NCBI GenBank assembly: GCA_958009085.1
Contig: OY253676.1
Coordinates: 1-64,000, forward strand
Source of the DNA: Protoeuglena noctilucae
Taxonomy: Eukaryota
Direction of reading: 5' to 3'
Length of the DNA stretch: 64,000 nt
Below the pieces are notes generated by a model. The model was not told where the DNA came from, searched no databases, and worked only from the letters and a program-made list of their open reading frames with translations. Shown here in pieces: positions 34,801-46,800 of the stretch; position 1 is the first letter of the stretch, and each line of letters starts with the position of its first letter. The position numbers and the translations under genes were made by a program.

Positions 34801-37800
34801 TGGTGGCCGTGGCGGTGAAGAGGTAGGACCCGGGAGAAAGGGTGCCGGGGGGCAGCGTGACGGCGGTGGACTCCGGGGGCGGCGCCAGGAGGCCGTTCGT
34901 GTCGTCGAAGCATGGTCGCGAGGTGGATGGGACGCCGTTGATGACCGGGTTGCACTGCCAGGTGTAGAGGAAGGGGCCGAAGGGGGCCTGGGGGGTGGCG
35001 CCCGCGGGGGAGGGGTCGTTGGGGTCGACAGAGCGGGCGGTGGAGAGGGTCAGGGCGTCGAGCGTGGTGACGAGGCTGGGGGTGTCGAGCACCACGATCA
35101 GAGGCTCGAAGTCCACCATCACGACGGCCTGCGTGGTGCTAGTGAGCTCGGGGCGGCCCTGGACGGACCCCGTGACCTTGAGGTAGTAGACGCTGCCGGC
35201 GGTGAGGGTGCCGGGGGCGATGTAGAGGACACGCGATGTGGAGGTGGCGGGGTCGAGGGGGAAGGTGGCCGAGACGCCCTGGGTCTCGTCGAAGGCCCAC
35301 TGGAAGGTCATGGTGGCGCCCTGGAGGTCGAGGATGCAGGAGGCGGCGCCGGTGCTGGGGATGGTGACGGTGACGGGGAGGTAGAGCGCCTGGCTGCGGT
35401 AGGTGTGGACGATCGCGTTGCCGTCGAAGATGAGGCGCGGGATGGGCTGGCTGCGGCGCGTGACCTGCACAGACTTCTGCGTGAAGGTGTTGAGGAAGTT
35501 GCGGACCTCCACGTAGAAGGTGTAGGTGATGTCGGGGGCCAGGAGCGCGTTGGGGACGGTCACGGACGTGGTGGTGCCGCCGGCCGTGGCGGAGACCAGA
35601 AGGTCCGAGATGGCCTTCTCGTTGGGGACGTTGGGGAGCATGCCCCAGACGAAGCGCAGGCTGCGGCCGGAGCCGCCGTAGGACCCTGAGGCGTCGATGA
35701 GGAGGTCGTCGCAGACCGACACGTACGAGGGGGTGCGGAGGATGACGGTGGGGGAGGGGGAGTTGTCCGGCTGCACGACGCGGAGGGTGCCCTGGGTGCG
35801 GCTGGAGGTGAGGGCGGCATTGATGATGCCGGGCGCCGTGGGCGTGAAGGTGGACTGCAGCTCGGCGTAGTCGCCCGGTTTGACCGTGGCGCGGAAGCCC
35901 AGCAGCACCACGAGCTCCGACGCGTTGCGGAAGGAGCACTGCGCGCCGAGGCCGAAGGTGCCGACGGTGGCGGGGGTGAAGATCTTGGAGCAATCATCGA
36001 GGCCGATGAGCCCCGCGCGGTTGGTGGCCACCTCGGTCGAGCGGTCGCCGGCCAGGAAGTTGACGAGGAGGCTGGTGGCCGTGTCGGAGAAGGTGACGAA
36101 GGTGGGGAGGGGCGCGAGGGCTTTGGAGACCGTGACGGGGAAGGGCGAGCCCTGGATCTCCACCCCGTTCAGCTGGACCGAGAGGCTGAAGCTGCCGAAC
36201 GCGGGCACCGAGTACGACACCGTGTAGGTGCCGGGCTGCGTGAGGTTGTTGACGACGGGGAGCGTGTAGGACTGGAGCGAGATGCCGTACTCGTTGGTGG
36301 GCGAGGAAGGCGTCAGCGTGACTTTAAAAGCGCACTTGTCGGCCGAGGGGCAGTCGTCGTCCGTGGTCTTCGCCTTGCCATTCACGTCCCGCGCCACGAT
36401 CGTGAAGCTCGCAACGACCCCCACGCGCGCCCCCGACACCCCCGTCCCCGTGGCGTTGGTCTGGGCCGCGCTGGTGGCCACCGTGGTCACCGTGCCCGAC
36501 GCCGTGTAAGCGTTGGCCGAGTTGGGCTGCGAGAGAACGTCGGAGATGAACAGCTTGACCAGGTAGGTGCCGATCGTGGGGGGGGTGAAGGACCCCGTGT
36601 AGGTGCCATCGCCCGCGTCCGTCAGCGCCACCGTGGCCTTGAAGCCGCCCGTGTCGGTCTCGGCCGTCACGAGGATGTCGCTTACGTAGCCGCCCACCGA
36701 GAGGGGGTTGCTGTACTGGTCGTACGTGCGCACGAGCAGCTGGACGGGGTTGCCGGCCTCCGTGGCGGCAATGGCCGATGAGAGGTCGCCCCCGGTGCTA
36801 GAGAGCAGGGCCGACGTGGCGGCGCTGGGGGCCGCGGCTGTCACGGCGATGGTCTTGGGGGAGTCGGAGAAGGCCTTCTGCGGGGGAGGAGGGGGTGGGT
36901 GGGGTTGCTTAATGCTGGAGGAGGGTGGGAGCGAGGGTGAACAGCGAACATGGGGTTGGGTACAGGAGAGGGACGGAGCGTGATATTGGTAAACGAAAAG
37001 CAGCGCCAAGCATGGGGTGCAAGCGAGTGCCGGAGCGAGGGCAGGGAGTGAACATGATGTCGGTAAACAACAAGCATAGGGCGCCTTCGCCTTGTCATCA
37101 TGGGTAACCCTACCCTAACCCAGTGCTACTCACCGGCAGCGTCTGCCCCGTGGCGGGGTCGACGGTGGAGGGCCCGAGGAGGTACACGGCCACCGAGTAG
37201 GTGCCGGCCACGCGCGTGTTGAAGAGGATCGAGTAGGTGCTGTCCCGGTTGTCCACGGTGATGATGCTGGCGTTGAGCACCGACTGCAGGTCGGTCGTCA
37301 GCGTCGTGGGCCCCAGCGCCGACTCGGGCTTCACGAACGTCACGGCCGCCTGCACGGCGTTGGACTGGAGCTGGAAGGCCTGGCCGATGACCGCGTTGCC
37401 ATACGAGTCCTTCAGCGACACAACCAGGTACGCCTGGGACCCGGCCGTGAACGACGTCGCCCCCACCGCCACCGAGCTGGCGGACAGGCTGGCCGCGGCC
37501 GCCAGCACCGTGATGGTTCCCTGGTTGGGGCTGGCGCCCAGGAAGACGGGCAGCCGCGCCCCGCTTGCGTCCGACACCACCATGACGTACTGCGCCACCA
37601 CCTGGGTCGTGTAGGTGACCGAGAAGGTCGCGTCGGTGTTCTGCGCCACGGTGGGGGCCGAGGGGGCTGCGACCGACGCGTCCACCGACGACATGGTCGC
37701 CGTGAGTGTCTGCGTCTTGGGAAGCGGCACCTGCACCCACGTGCCCGAAGCGGTCGTGCACGCCGCAGACGTCGTGATGGCTGCATTCAGGGCCCCTGCC

Positions 37801-40800
37801 GTCGTGCGGCAGATGTCCGCGACCGCGTAGATGGTGAAGGCGCCCTGCGACCCCGCCAACGCGCCAGCTAAGCCGTCCCCGCGCGCACTCGACGACGACC
37901 CGATGCCCGTGGTGATGGTCGTGTAGTCCCCCGACAGCACCGTGTAGGTCTTGCCCCAGCCGTTGGTGATGGCCAGCCCCTCGTCCGCCGTCACCAGCTT
38001 GGCGTCGTCGGGGGTGTGCAGCGAGAAGTACACCGTGACGTTGGGCGTCCCGTCCCCCGTGGCTTCGACCATCGGCACCTCTGCCACGAGCGTGCCGTCG
38101 CTGGCGGACCACCGAACGCTGGGGCGCTCGGCCGCGGGGGCGTTGGCGTCCTCGTACCATGTCCCCGCAGCGCCGTATGACGAGCGCTGCAGCGTCGATG
38201 CGCCCGTGAAGGTCACGCGCACGCGCACGGGGCAGGCGGTGTTCTGGGTGCCGTCGCACTTGGCCAGCGTGGCTCCCAGCGTCGTGCAGGCGATGTTGCT
38301 GCCCAGCAGGCGGTTGCTGTACACGTCCGCGGGGCGGATCTCGTACCGCGCCGTCGTCCCCACCATCTGGTTGGCCAGGTCTCCTAACGAGCACGTGCCG
38401 CCGGTCGCGCACGTGGCGGCGGCGTAGGCCATCAGCTGGCTGCAGTTGCCGGACTGGCAGGCATAGGCGTGCGCGCCCACGCCGGACTGCAGCGGGTTGC
38501 CTGAGGCGCCCGTGGCGATGGTCCCACCAATGTCGGCGGGGCTGACGGTCAGGTTGAAGGGCGACCCAGTCAGGTGGGCGTTCTGGTACAGCACCGACAC
38601 GGTCAGCCTTCCCGACACGCGGGGGGTGTAGGTGACCTTGACCCGCTGGTACCCCAGCAGGGCGTAGGGCGTGGCCGCCACGAAGGCCGCCTGGTCCGCA
38701 GCGGATGGGAACGTCTCGATGGCGCACGTGTCGCCGTTGGCGTCCGAGGACCCCGCGGCTGTGGCGCCGGCGGAGAAGAGCGTGGTGAGGAACCCCGCCT
38801 CGGACTGGGTGCTGTCGGCCGCGCTGGCCACCAGGCCCGCCAGGGGCGTGGCGGCCGTGTCGGCCTCGATCGCCGTCGTGACCAGGTTGTCCTCGAGCGT
38901 GACCACGTAATTGCCGTACCGGTCCTCCGGCGTCATCGTGAACGTCAGCGCCTGGTTCACGGGGCGGCAGGCCCCTTGGGACGTGAGCCCGGTCCCAGTC
39001 ACGCTCGACTTGGTCAGGTCCAAGAGAGACGGGAGCACTTGCGGGGACTGGGATGCGCTCGGGCAGGGGTTGTTGGCGTTCGTGGGCGTGGGGCACACGG
39101 AGGGGGAGGCGCTGGTGCCCTGCGTGGAGTCGAACCGCTTGCCGATGAGCGACCCGTACGTGCCGAAGAAGTCGGCATCAAAGGTGCCCGCCACCGTGAT
39201 GGCGTAGGTGACGCGGAAGGAGCCGTCGGTCAGGCGCTGCCCGGTGACGGCGGGGACGGCGTCCGCCAGCGTCGTCTTGCCGGGGTTGTTCGGGTCCGCC
39301 ACCGTGCGCAGCAGACGCGCCTGCACCGACACCGCCGGGAACTGCACCGAGCCGCCCGGGTCCGCGGCGCAGGCGGTGGAGTTGCCCAGGAGGGACGCGG
39401 AGCACGCGAAGGGCCCGATGGCGGGCGTGATGAGGTTCTGGTAGTCGTCATAGATCTGCACGTCGACGTTGGTGGCCACGCCGGCCGTGAGGCTGTAGGT
39501 GCCGGCGATGGTCTGGAACACCTCGGGGTCGGGGGAGGAGGGGTTGACGTGGAGCTCGAAGGAGGTGGAGGTGGGGTCGTAGAGGGCGGACGACACCGTG
39601 ACACCGTCCACGTTCACGCTGGTGCCGGGGATGCGGCAGGCCTCGCACAGGCCCACGGGGAGCTGGTTGATGAGCACGCGGAGCTGGTAGACGTTGGCGG
39701 CGAAGACCGTGTAGGTGACGACGTAGGTGCCGTCCCCGTTGTCGGCCACCTTGCCGCTGAACAGCAGCCCCACGTCCACGATCGGCTGCTCCCCGCCCTT
39801 GGTCAGGCGGTTGCTGTAGGCGTCGTAGCCGTTGATGGTGAACTCCTGCTGCACGCCCGCGGTCGCGTAGAGCGCCAGGTGGGGCTTGCCCCCGTGCGCC
39901 TTGTTGACCACGTACTGCACCGGGTGCGTGATGGTGGAGGTGGAGGGGTCGAGGGGGCCGGGGATGACCACGAAGCCGTTGCTCGTGGGGCCGGGCGCGA
40001 TGGGCAGCAGGCTGAAGGTGCCGTCCGAGTTGAGCGTCCGCAGGGACGCCCCCGAGCGCTTCACGTCGAGCGTGTAGTGGCCCACCAGCGTGGGGGTGTA
40101 GGTGATGGTGTAGTGCTTGTCGGGGACGCCGGCCGTGCACTCGCCGTTCACCGGCGACGCGCACGTCACGTAGCTGAGCGTGCCCAGCAGCCGCCGCTGC
40201 TGGCTGCCGTTGAGCGTGAGCGTGCTGGTGAACTGGTAGCCCGAGTCCGTGACCGGGTTCTTGTACTGGTCGTACGCCTGGATGACCATGACGGCGTTGG
40301 ACCCGGCCGCCACCTGCTGGTTGAGCCCGAACTTGGAGTAAATGTACGAGTGCATGTTGTTGGGGTCGGCCGTGGGGCCGAGCGGGGTGAAGGTGAGCTG
40401 GAAGGCGCCGCCGCGGATCGTGGCGAACTGCCCGCACCACGCGGCCGCCGCCGTGCTGCTGCACACGCTGCTGGTGAGCGACGTGCCGTCCGCGTTGACC
40501 GTCTGCGCCGTGAGCGTGAGCGTGGCCGGCCCGGCCGCCTCGCTCATGTAGCTGACCAGGTACTTGCCATTCAGCAAGTCCTGGATGTGCAGGTTCATGT
40601 GCACCGTGACGGACGGGTCGTTGAGGCCCGTGCCCGTGTATGTGTACGTGCTGTTCTTGCTGTACTGGCTGGCAGAGATGGTGCCGGTGCCATTCGGGTC
40701 GGGGATGTTGGTGGCGTCGGGCTGGGCGGCGCTCTGAGCGAGCATGGGGTTGTCGCCGATGCCGGGGTCCGTGAAGGGGTTGGTGAGGGACAGCGTGCCC

Positions 40801-43800
40801 AAAAAGTCCGTGCCGCCGTTCGGGAGGTTGTTGCTGAACGAGTCGCGCGCGATGAGGACGAAGCTATAGGGCTGCCCGACGGCAAGGGTGCCGATGGTGC
40901 GGTCCACGATGCAGTTGGACACGTCCAAGGGCCCCGGTGCCACGGTGGCGACGGCGCCCGAGTTGCGGAGGACAACTCCGTCCAAGGCCACCACGACGCG
41001 CACGTGCTGGGCGGTGTAGGCCTGGAAGGAGAAGACGTAGAGGCCGTCGAAGGTGGTGGTGACCATGTACTGGCCGTCCTGGAGGACCGAGGGGTCCTGG
41101 TCGTCGACGCGCTGCCACACGGTTGAAGTTGACAGCCCCGTGATGGTCGCCGTGAGCTGCAGGCCGATGTCCTGGGAGGTGAGGGGGTCGTAGGTGCTGT
41201 TGTTGTCGAAGCGGTCGCGCGGCTGCACCGTGAAGGTGGACACGATGCCCGCCTGCCACCCGTGGCCGTCGTTGATGTACAGCGACGGGTCCGCCAGCTC
41301 CACCACGAACGACCGGTCGGCCACCATGGGCCCGGCCGTGACGAGGTAGATGAAGGGGGAGCCCTGGATGTTCGTTAAAGCCGTCCCGGCCGCGCACGCC
41401 CGCTGACCGATGGGCACGGAGGGGTCGGCGGCCTTGCACGCCTGGATGGTGAGCGTGTACTCCTGCGCCACCGTCACGAGGGTGCCGGGCACCACGACCG
41501 AGTACCGCCCGCTCGTCTCGCTGGGTGGCAGGGGGTTGTCAGCACGGTCAATCACGGTGAGGGGCGTGGGGGTGCCCGCGCTGCCGGGTGCGCCGACCGT
41601 GAGGGAGGCCACGACCTTGTCCCCGCCGTTCTTCTTGGGCAGCGCGGCGTTGCTGGTGGTGATGGTGTAGGCCTGCACGAGCACCTCCTGGTCGGCCCCC
41701 GCCGCCGTGGTGGAGAGGGCGCTGAGGGTGTTGCCGGCCGTGTCGACCACGGCCGACGCCAGCGCGTTGATGTCCCCGTCCACCAATCGGAACTGGGGGA
41801 CGAACGGCACCCCGCGGATGAACCCGAAGCTGGTAAGCGGCGACGTGGTGTCCGTGGCCTTGCGCAGCAGCTGCACCAGCACCGTGTAGCTGCCCGGGTC
41901 CGTGGGGGTCAGGCTGGCCTCGTAAAGGCCGTTGCCCAGATCCGACAACGTGGAGCCGTCCGTGTTGATCACCCCCACCGACAGCTGCAGCTGCGAACGT
42001 GGGGAGTAGACGATCGCCTCAAATCGGTCGCCCCCCGTGAGGCGCCGGTTGGAGTATCGGTCGCGCGCCTCGACCACGAACGTCGCGGGGGCGTTGACCA
42101 CGCCGCCGTCGAGCAGATCGGGGCCGTAGGCGATGCACTCGGCGGCGTAGGTGTCCGAGGGCTGCACCGTCACAACCAGCGCGGGGTAGGAGCCCGACGC
42201 CAGGGCGCCTAAGGGGTTGTAGAAGTTCTGCAGCGAGCTGCACTTGCGGGGGTCGGGGCAGTAGCGCAGGGCGAGGGAGAAGTCCTGGTAAACACCCTGG
42301 GCGTCGAGACCGGAGGACACGAGGGTGTTGAAGGTGACGGCGTATCGTCCCAACTGGGCGGGGTCTGCGTTGTAGGGCCCCACCACGATGCTGAAGCACG
42401 CCTGGGCGCTGATGTCGTTCGACGTGCACCCGCGCACCACCTGCTGCGTGCCGCGCGAGTCGGCGCGCGTGAGCGTCATCTCGGCCAAGAAGTTGGTCGA
42501 CTCGGCGTTGGTCTGCTGGTTGTTGCCGTACTGGTCGCGTGCCTGGAAGACGAACTGGTTGGCGTTGCCGGCCACGAAGTTGGTGCCCAGGACCGCCGAG
42601 GAGGTGCGGGGGGGCGTGGCGGCGGGCGTGCCGGAGGAGGGGGTGGCCAGGGCGGTGCTGGCGGGGGTGGAGGAGGAGGCGGGTGTGGCGAGGGCCGCGG
42701 TGGTGGCGGCGGGGGTGGCGGAGGCGGCGGCGGCGGCCGCTGCCAGGTTCCAGACCGTGACCTCGCAGCTGGGGCCGTAGACGGTGCCCGGGACGATGGT
42801 GAGGCTGAAGGGGGATCCCGTGAGGGGCGTGCCGTTGAGGGTAATACCCAAAAGGTACGACTTCTGGTACACTGCCGGGAGGGTCTGGTTGGCAGTGAAG
42901 GTGACGGTGAGAACGCCTGACGAGACGTTGTTAGTCTGCGTCAGGTTGAGCCCCGTCGTGGAGTAGTCCGGGGGGCAGGGCGTGGTGCGGCAGAGGTCGG
43001 GGGAGGCGAAGTTGAACCCGGTGTACACAAGGCGGCAGTTGGGCATCGACTTGGCCGTGTCGAGTTGCTGGGGGAGGCCCGGGCGGGAAGGGGCCTTCCA
43101 GTAGCAGGGCGTCTCGTTGGGCAGGAGCACGTCGGCCACGTCCACCGTGACAACGTCCAAGGGGCGCAGGGGGCTGAAGGACTGCGCGTTGCCAATGTTG
43201 TCCTGCAGCGCCACGGTGATCTGCGACACGTTGCCGGCCGCCACGCTGAAGGTGACGGCGGACGCGGACCCGCTCCCCGTCTGCATCAAACGCCGCCCGC
43301 CGAGGCTGCGGCTGCCCGTGATGAGCGGGGTGGGAGGGGCGGCGCCACCACCCCTTGCCGCGCGGTCCATCGCCGCCTGGCGCAGCACGCGGTCCAAGTG
43401 GGGATCCACGGAGTCGATCAGCACCACGCCGTCGCCCACCGCCAGCAGGCCGTAGTCCGGGGGCTCCGGGCGCGTGGGCACCAGCTGCCCGTGGCGCGGG
43501 TGCGAGGGGTCGCCCTGGGTCGCTTCCCATGAGGCCATGAGGCTGCGGCGGAAGGAGGCGCCCGTGGCGGCGCTGGCGGCGGCGAGGGCGGCGGCCGTGG
43601 AGGTGAAGGTCTTGGACTTGGGGGGCGAGCTGGGGTCCGAGTTGCCGGGCGCGATGGAGATGTTGTAAGGAGAGGCGCGGATGGTCCCCTGCGCCAGCTC
43701 CAGCTCCGTGTAGTCGCTCGCCCCGGCCACGCCGGACGCGAAGACGACGTGCAATGCGTAGATGCCGGCGCGGTCCATCTTGAGGCCGTTGCCCGGCTCG

Positions 43801-46800
43801 TACAGCGGCGCGGCCTTGTCGATGCTCATGACGCCGTCGCTGTCCGGATAGGCCAGCGCCACGCTGCGCATGTACACCTTCTGCGTGGCGTCCGCGGGGG
43901 ATGCTACGAGGCTCCAGACGGGCTGGTTGGTGGCGTCGACGGGGGCGGTGGAGTTGGCGAGCCACGGCTGGATGTTCACTGATGATCCGAACTGGTCCTT
44001 GAGCATGTAAAGCCTCGCCAGCACCTGCGTGCCCGTGTCCAGGTCCGTCTTGGGCTGCCGGAACTTGTCCCGGAGCACCACCTCGAAGTTCAGGTGATGC
44101 CCGGCCGTCATGTTGCCCCAGTTGTACCCGCCCCTGATGCGCGTCTGGCAGTTGGGCGTCGACTTGGTCTCCAAATTGCACGTGGGGTCCCGCGCGTACG
44201 AGTCCGCCGGGCTCGCCTTGCCCGACCGCAGGTACACCACCACGCCGTCCACGACCGGGTAGGTGCGCCCGAGCGTGTCGGGGTACGAAAAGAGCATGCG
44301 GTTGCTGGCCACAGAGCCGGCCACCACAGTGGGCGTGGGCGTGGAGAACTGGTTGTACCACTGGAAGTTGGAGGAGGGGAGCGTGCCCTGCCCCGAGGCC
44401 GTGATCTTGACCACCATGTACGTATAGCACGTCACCGTGCAGGGGGTGGCCAGGCAGGGGCAGTAGGTGACCGTGCATTTGTACAGGCCCGTGTAGATGT
44501 TGTTGGTGAGCTGCTCCACGCACGACACCTCCTGGGAGATGCCCGAGATGGCGCCGGTCGTGGCGGAGGGCTCGTAGATGTCCGCGCGGATGTCCACGAC
44601 TCCGCTCGGGCGCCGGGTGAGCTCGTTGCCGTAGCTGTCGCGCAGCTGCACGAAGAAGTAGGTCGAGTCGCCCTTGCGCACCGTGCCGGCCGGGGGGTCC
44701 GTGGCGTTGGGCAGCGACGTGGCCAGGGCAGAGACGGTCAGCCCCGGCCCGTAAGCATACGACTGGGTGATGTCGAAGGCGGCCTGATCGCTGCGCGTCT
44801 GGTACTGGATGAAGAAGGGCGAGCCGGACAGGCTCTGGTTGCCCTGCGTCACGAACATCTCGAAGCCCCCCGCCTTGAGGATGTCAGTCTTGGAGGGGAC
44901 GGTGGCCCCGTGACCCACCACCTGGTAGAAGACGTGGGCGGGGGAGGTGGCCGTGAGGACGTAGCCCAGCGTGTAGTCCTGCACCTGCCCGGGGAGCGTG
45001 CCCTTGGGCAGCGGCACCGACACCCCGGGCGCGATCGCGTAGTTGTAACTGGTGTCGGCGGAGAGGACCCCGCCCGGCGCGTACTTGAACTGGATGGTCA
45101 GGTAGACGGGGGAGCCGTTCGACACGGTGACCGTGGGGCGCTGGTTGCCGTACTGGTCGAACTCCATGATCGTCACATCCTGCACGTCGCCCACGCTTAG
45201 CTTGTCCTGCGGGAAGGGGGAGGGAGGGGATGGTTGGTGAGTTGTAAGTTTCAACATAACAGAGAAGGTGAAGAGGAACAGGGAGAGGCGTGGGAGGGAG
45301 CGGGGTGGGCATGGGAGGTGGAGAGGAGGTTGACTAGTGAGGGTAGTGAGGGCAGTCGCATGCGAGGGGCTGTCCACAGTACTAATCATCACCTGGTTCC
45401 ACGAGGCGGTGAAGTTGGGGACGTAGCCGGGCCCGGGGACGATGCGGAGGTTGAGGTAGTAGTCCGGGGCAGACGGACCCGGGCTGGGCTGCCCCAGGAG
45501 GCCCCGCACGATCGTTCCCGCGTTGTCGGCCGCTCCCTGGATGCGCGTGTTGCTCGAGTAGTTGCGGGGGTCCGACGTGGTGTAGAAGCGGATCTTGTAC
45601 GTCCCCGCGCCCGTCTGGCCGATCGTGAGGAGGTAGGTCCCGTCGTTGTTGGCCGTGCGCTTGACGGTCGAGGCGGGCGACGACGCAGGCGCGTCCGCCA
45701 CCGCCGCCCACAGGTCGTCCGGCCCCCGCAGCCCCGTGTAGACCTGCTGGTTGTTGAAGTTGTCGCGGGGCTTGAGGAGGAACTCGATCAGGCTCCCCGC
45801 GGCCACCTGGTACCCCTGCACGAGCGAGCTCGAGCCGTTGGCTGTCACGTTGAAGTTGGTGTACAGGCTCGTCTTGGCGAGGGTGGAGAAGTTGGAGGGG
45901 TCGACGTAGGGCGTGGAGGGGTCCACGGAGGGGGAGTGGAGCACCTGGGTGAAGAGCTCGCCCGTCGCAGCCGGGTTGAACCGCAGACCCCCGAACGGCA
46001 TGTTGCTGATGGTCTGGAGGGGGTTGTTGACGTTGTACGCGCGCATCTGGACGCGGACCGCGTAGAAGCCCTCGACGGCGACGCCGGGGGACGGGTCGTC
46101 CAGGCTGGCCTTGGCGGGAATCGCCACCTGCACGTGACCCGAGCTGTCGTACGTGATGTAGGTGGGGGTGGCGTTGGGGAAGCCGGAGAGGCCGTCGAAG
46201 GTGCGGGAGTAGGTCAGGTCCGGGGTCTTGCCGGAGATGATGGTGTTGATGGCAGACGCAGACAGCAGCGCCCCTGATCCGTCGACATAAGGGTTGGTGG
46301 CCGTGACGGACGCCCCACGGTAGAGCTCGACCACAATGGTGCCGACAGACGAGGTGTTGGAGATGGGGTAGGCGTCCACGGACACGGGCGTGACCACGAG
46401 CGTCTGCGCCTGGCCGCACGTGGACCCCGCGTAGCTCGTGAAGAGGTTGGCGCCATTCCACGACGTCACAAACGACCGCGTGGGGGACAGGGGGCTGTTG
46501 CCGTCGTTGGCCAGCGCAAACACCTGCGGGAGAGGGACGAGAGAGGGAGATGTGTGTCAAAAGGGGGTGTTTAGTGAGGGCGCATGCGTGCGTTAAGGGC
46601 TGGCATGCGCATCGCAACCCCCCGCCCTTAAAGTGAGCGCCACTCGCCTGCTTGGGGAAGGTGGTGAGTCCGGCGTTCGCGTTGAAGCCCAGGACGACGC
46701 CAGCGTCCGTGTAAACGTCGGTGGGGTTGGCGTTGCCGGTGCCGATGATCGACGACGTGTTCACGTCGCTTGTCCCGTACTTGATGACGATCAGCACGTA

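Noticed and set aside
37106..37121. Interstitial telomere-like aaccctaccctaaccc in an intron
   Set aside because: It has under three units and is compatible with chance or a tiny repair insertion; there is no other support.
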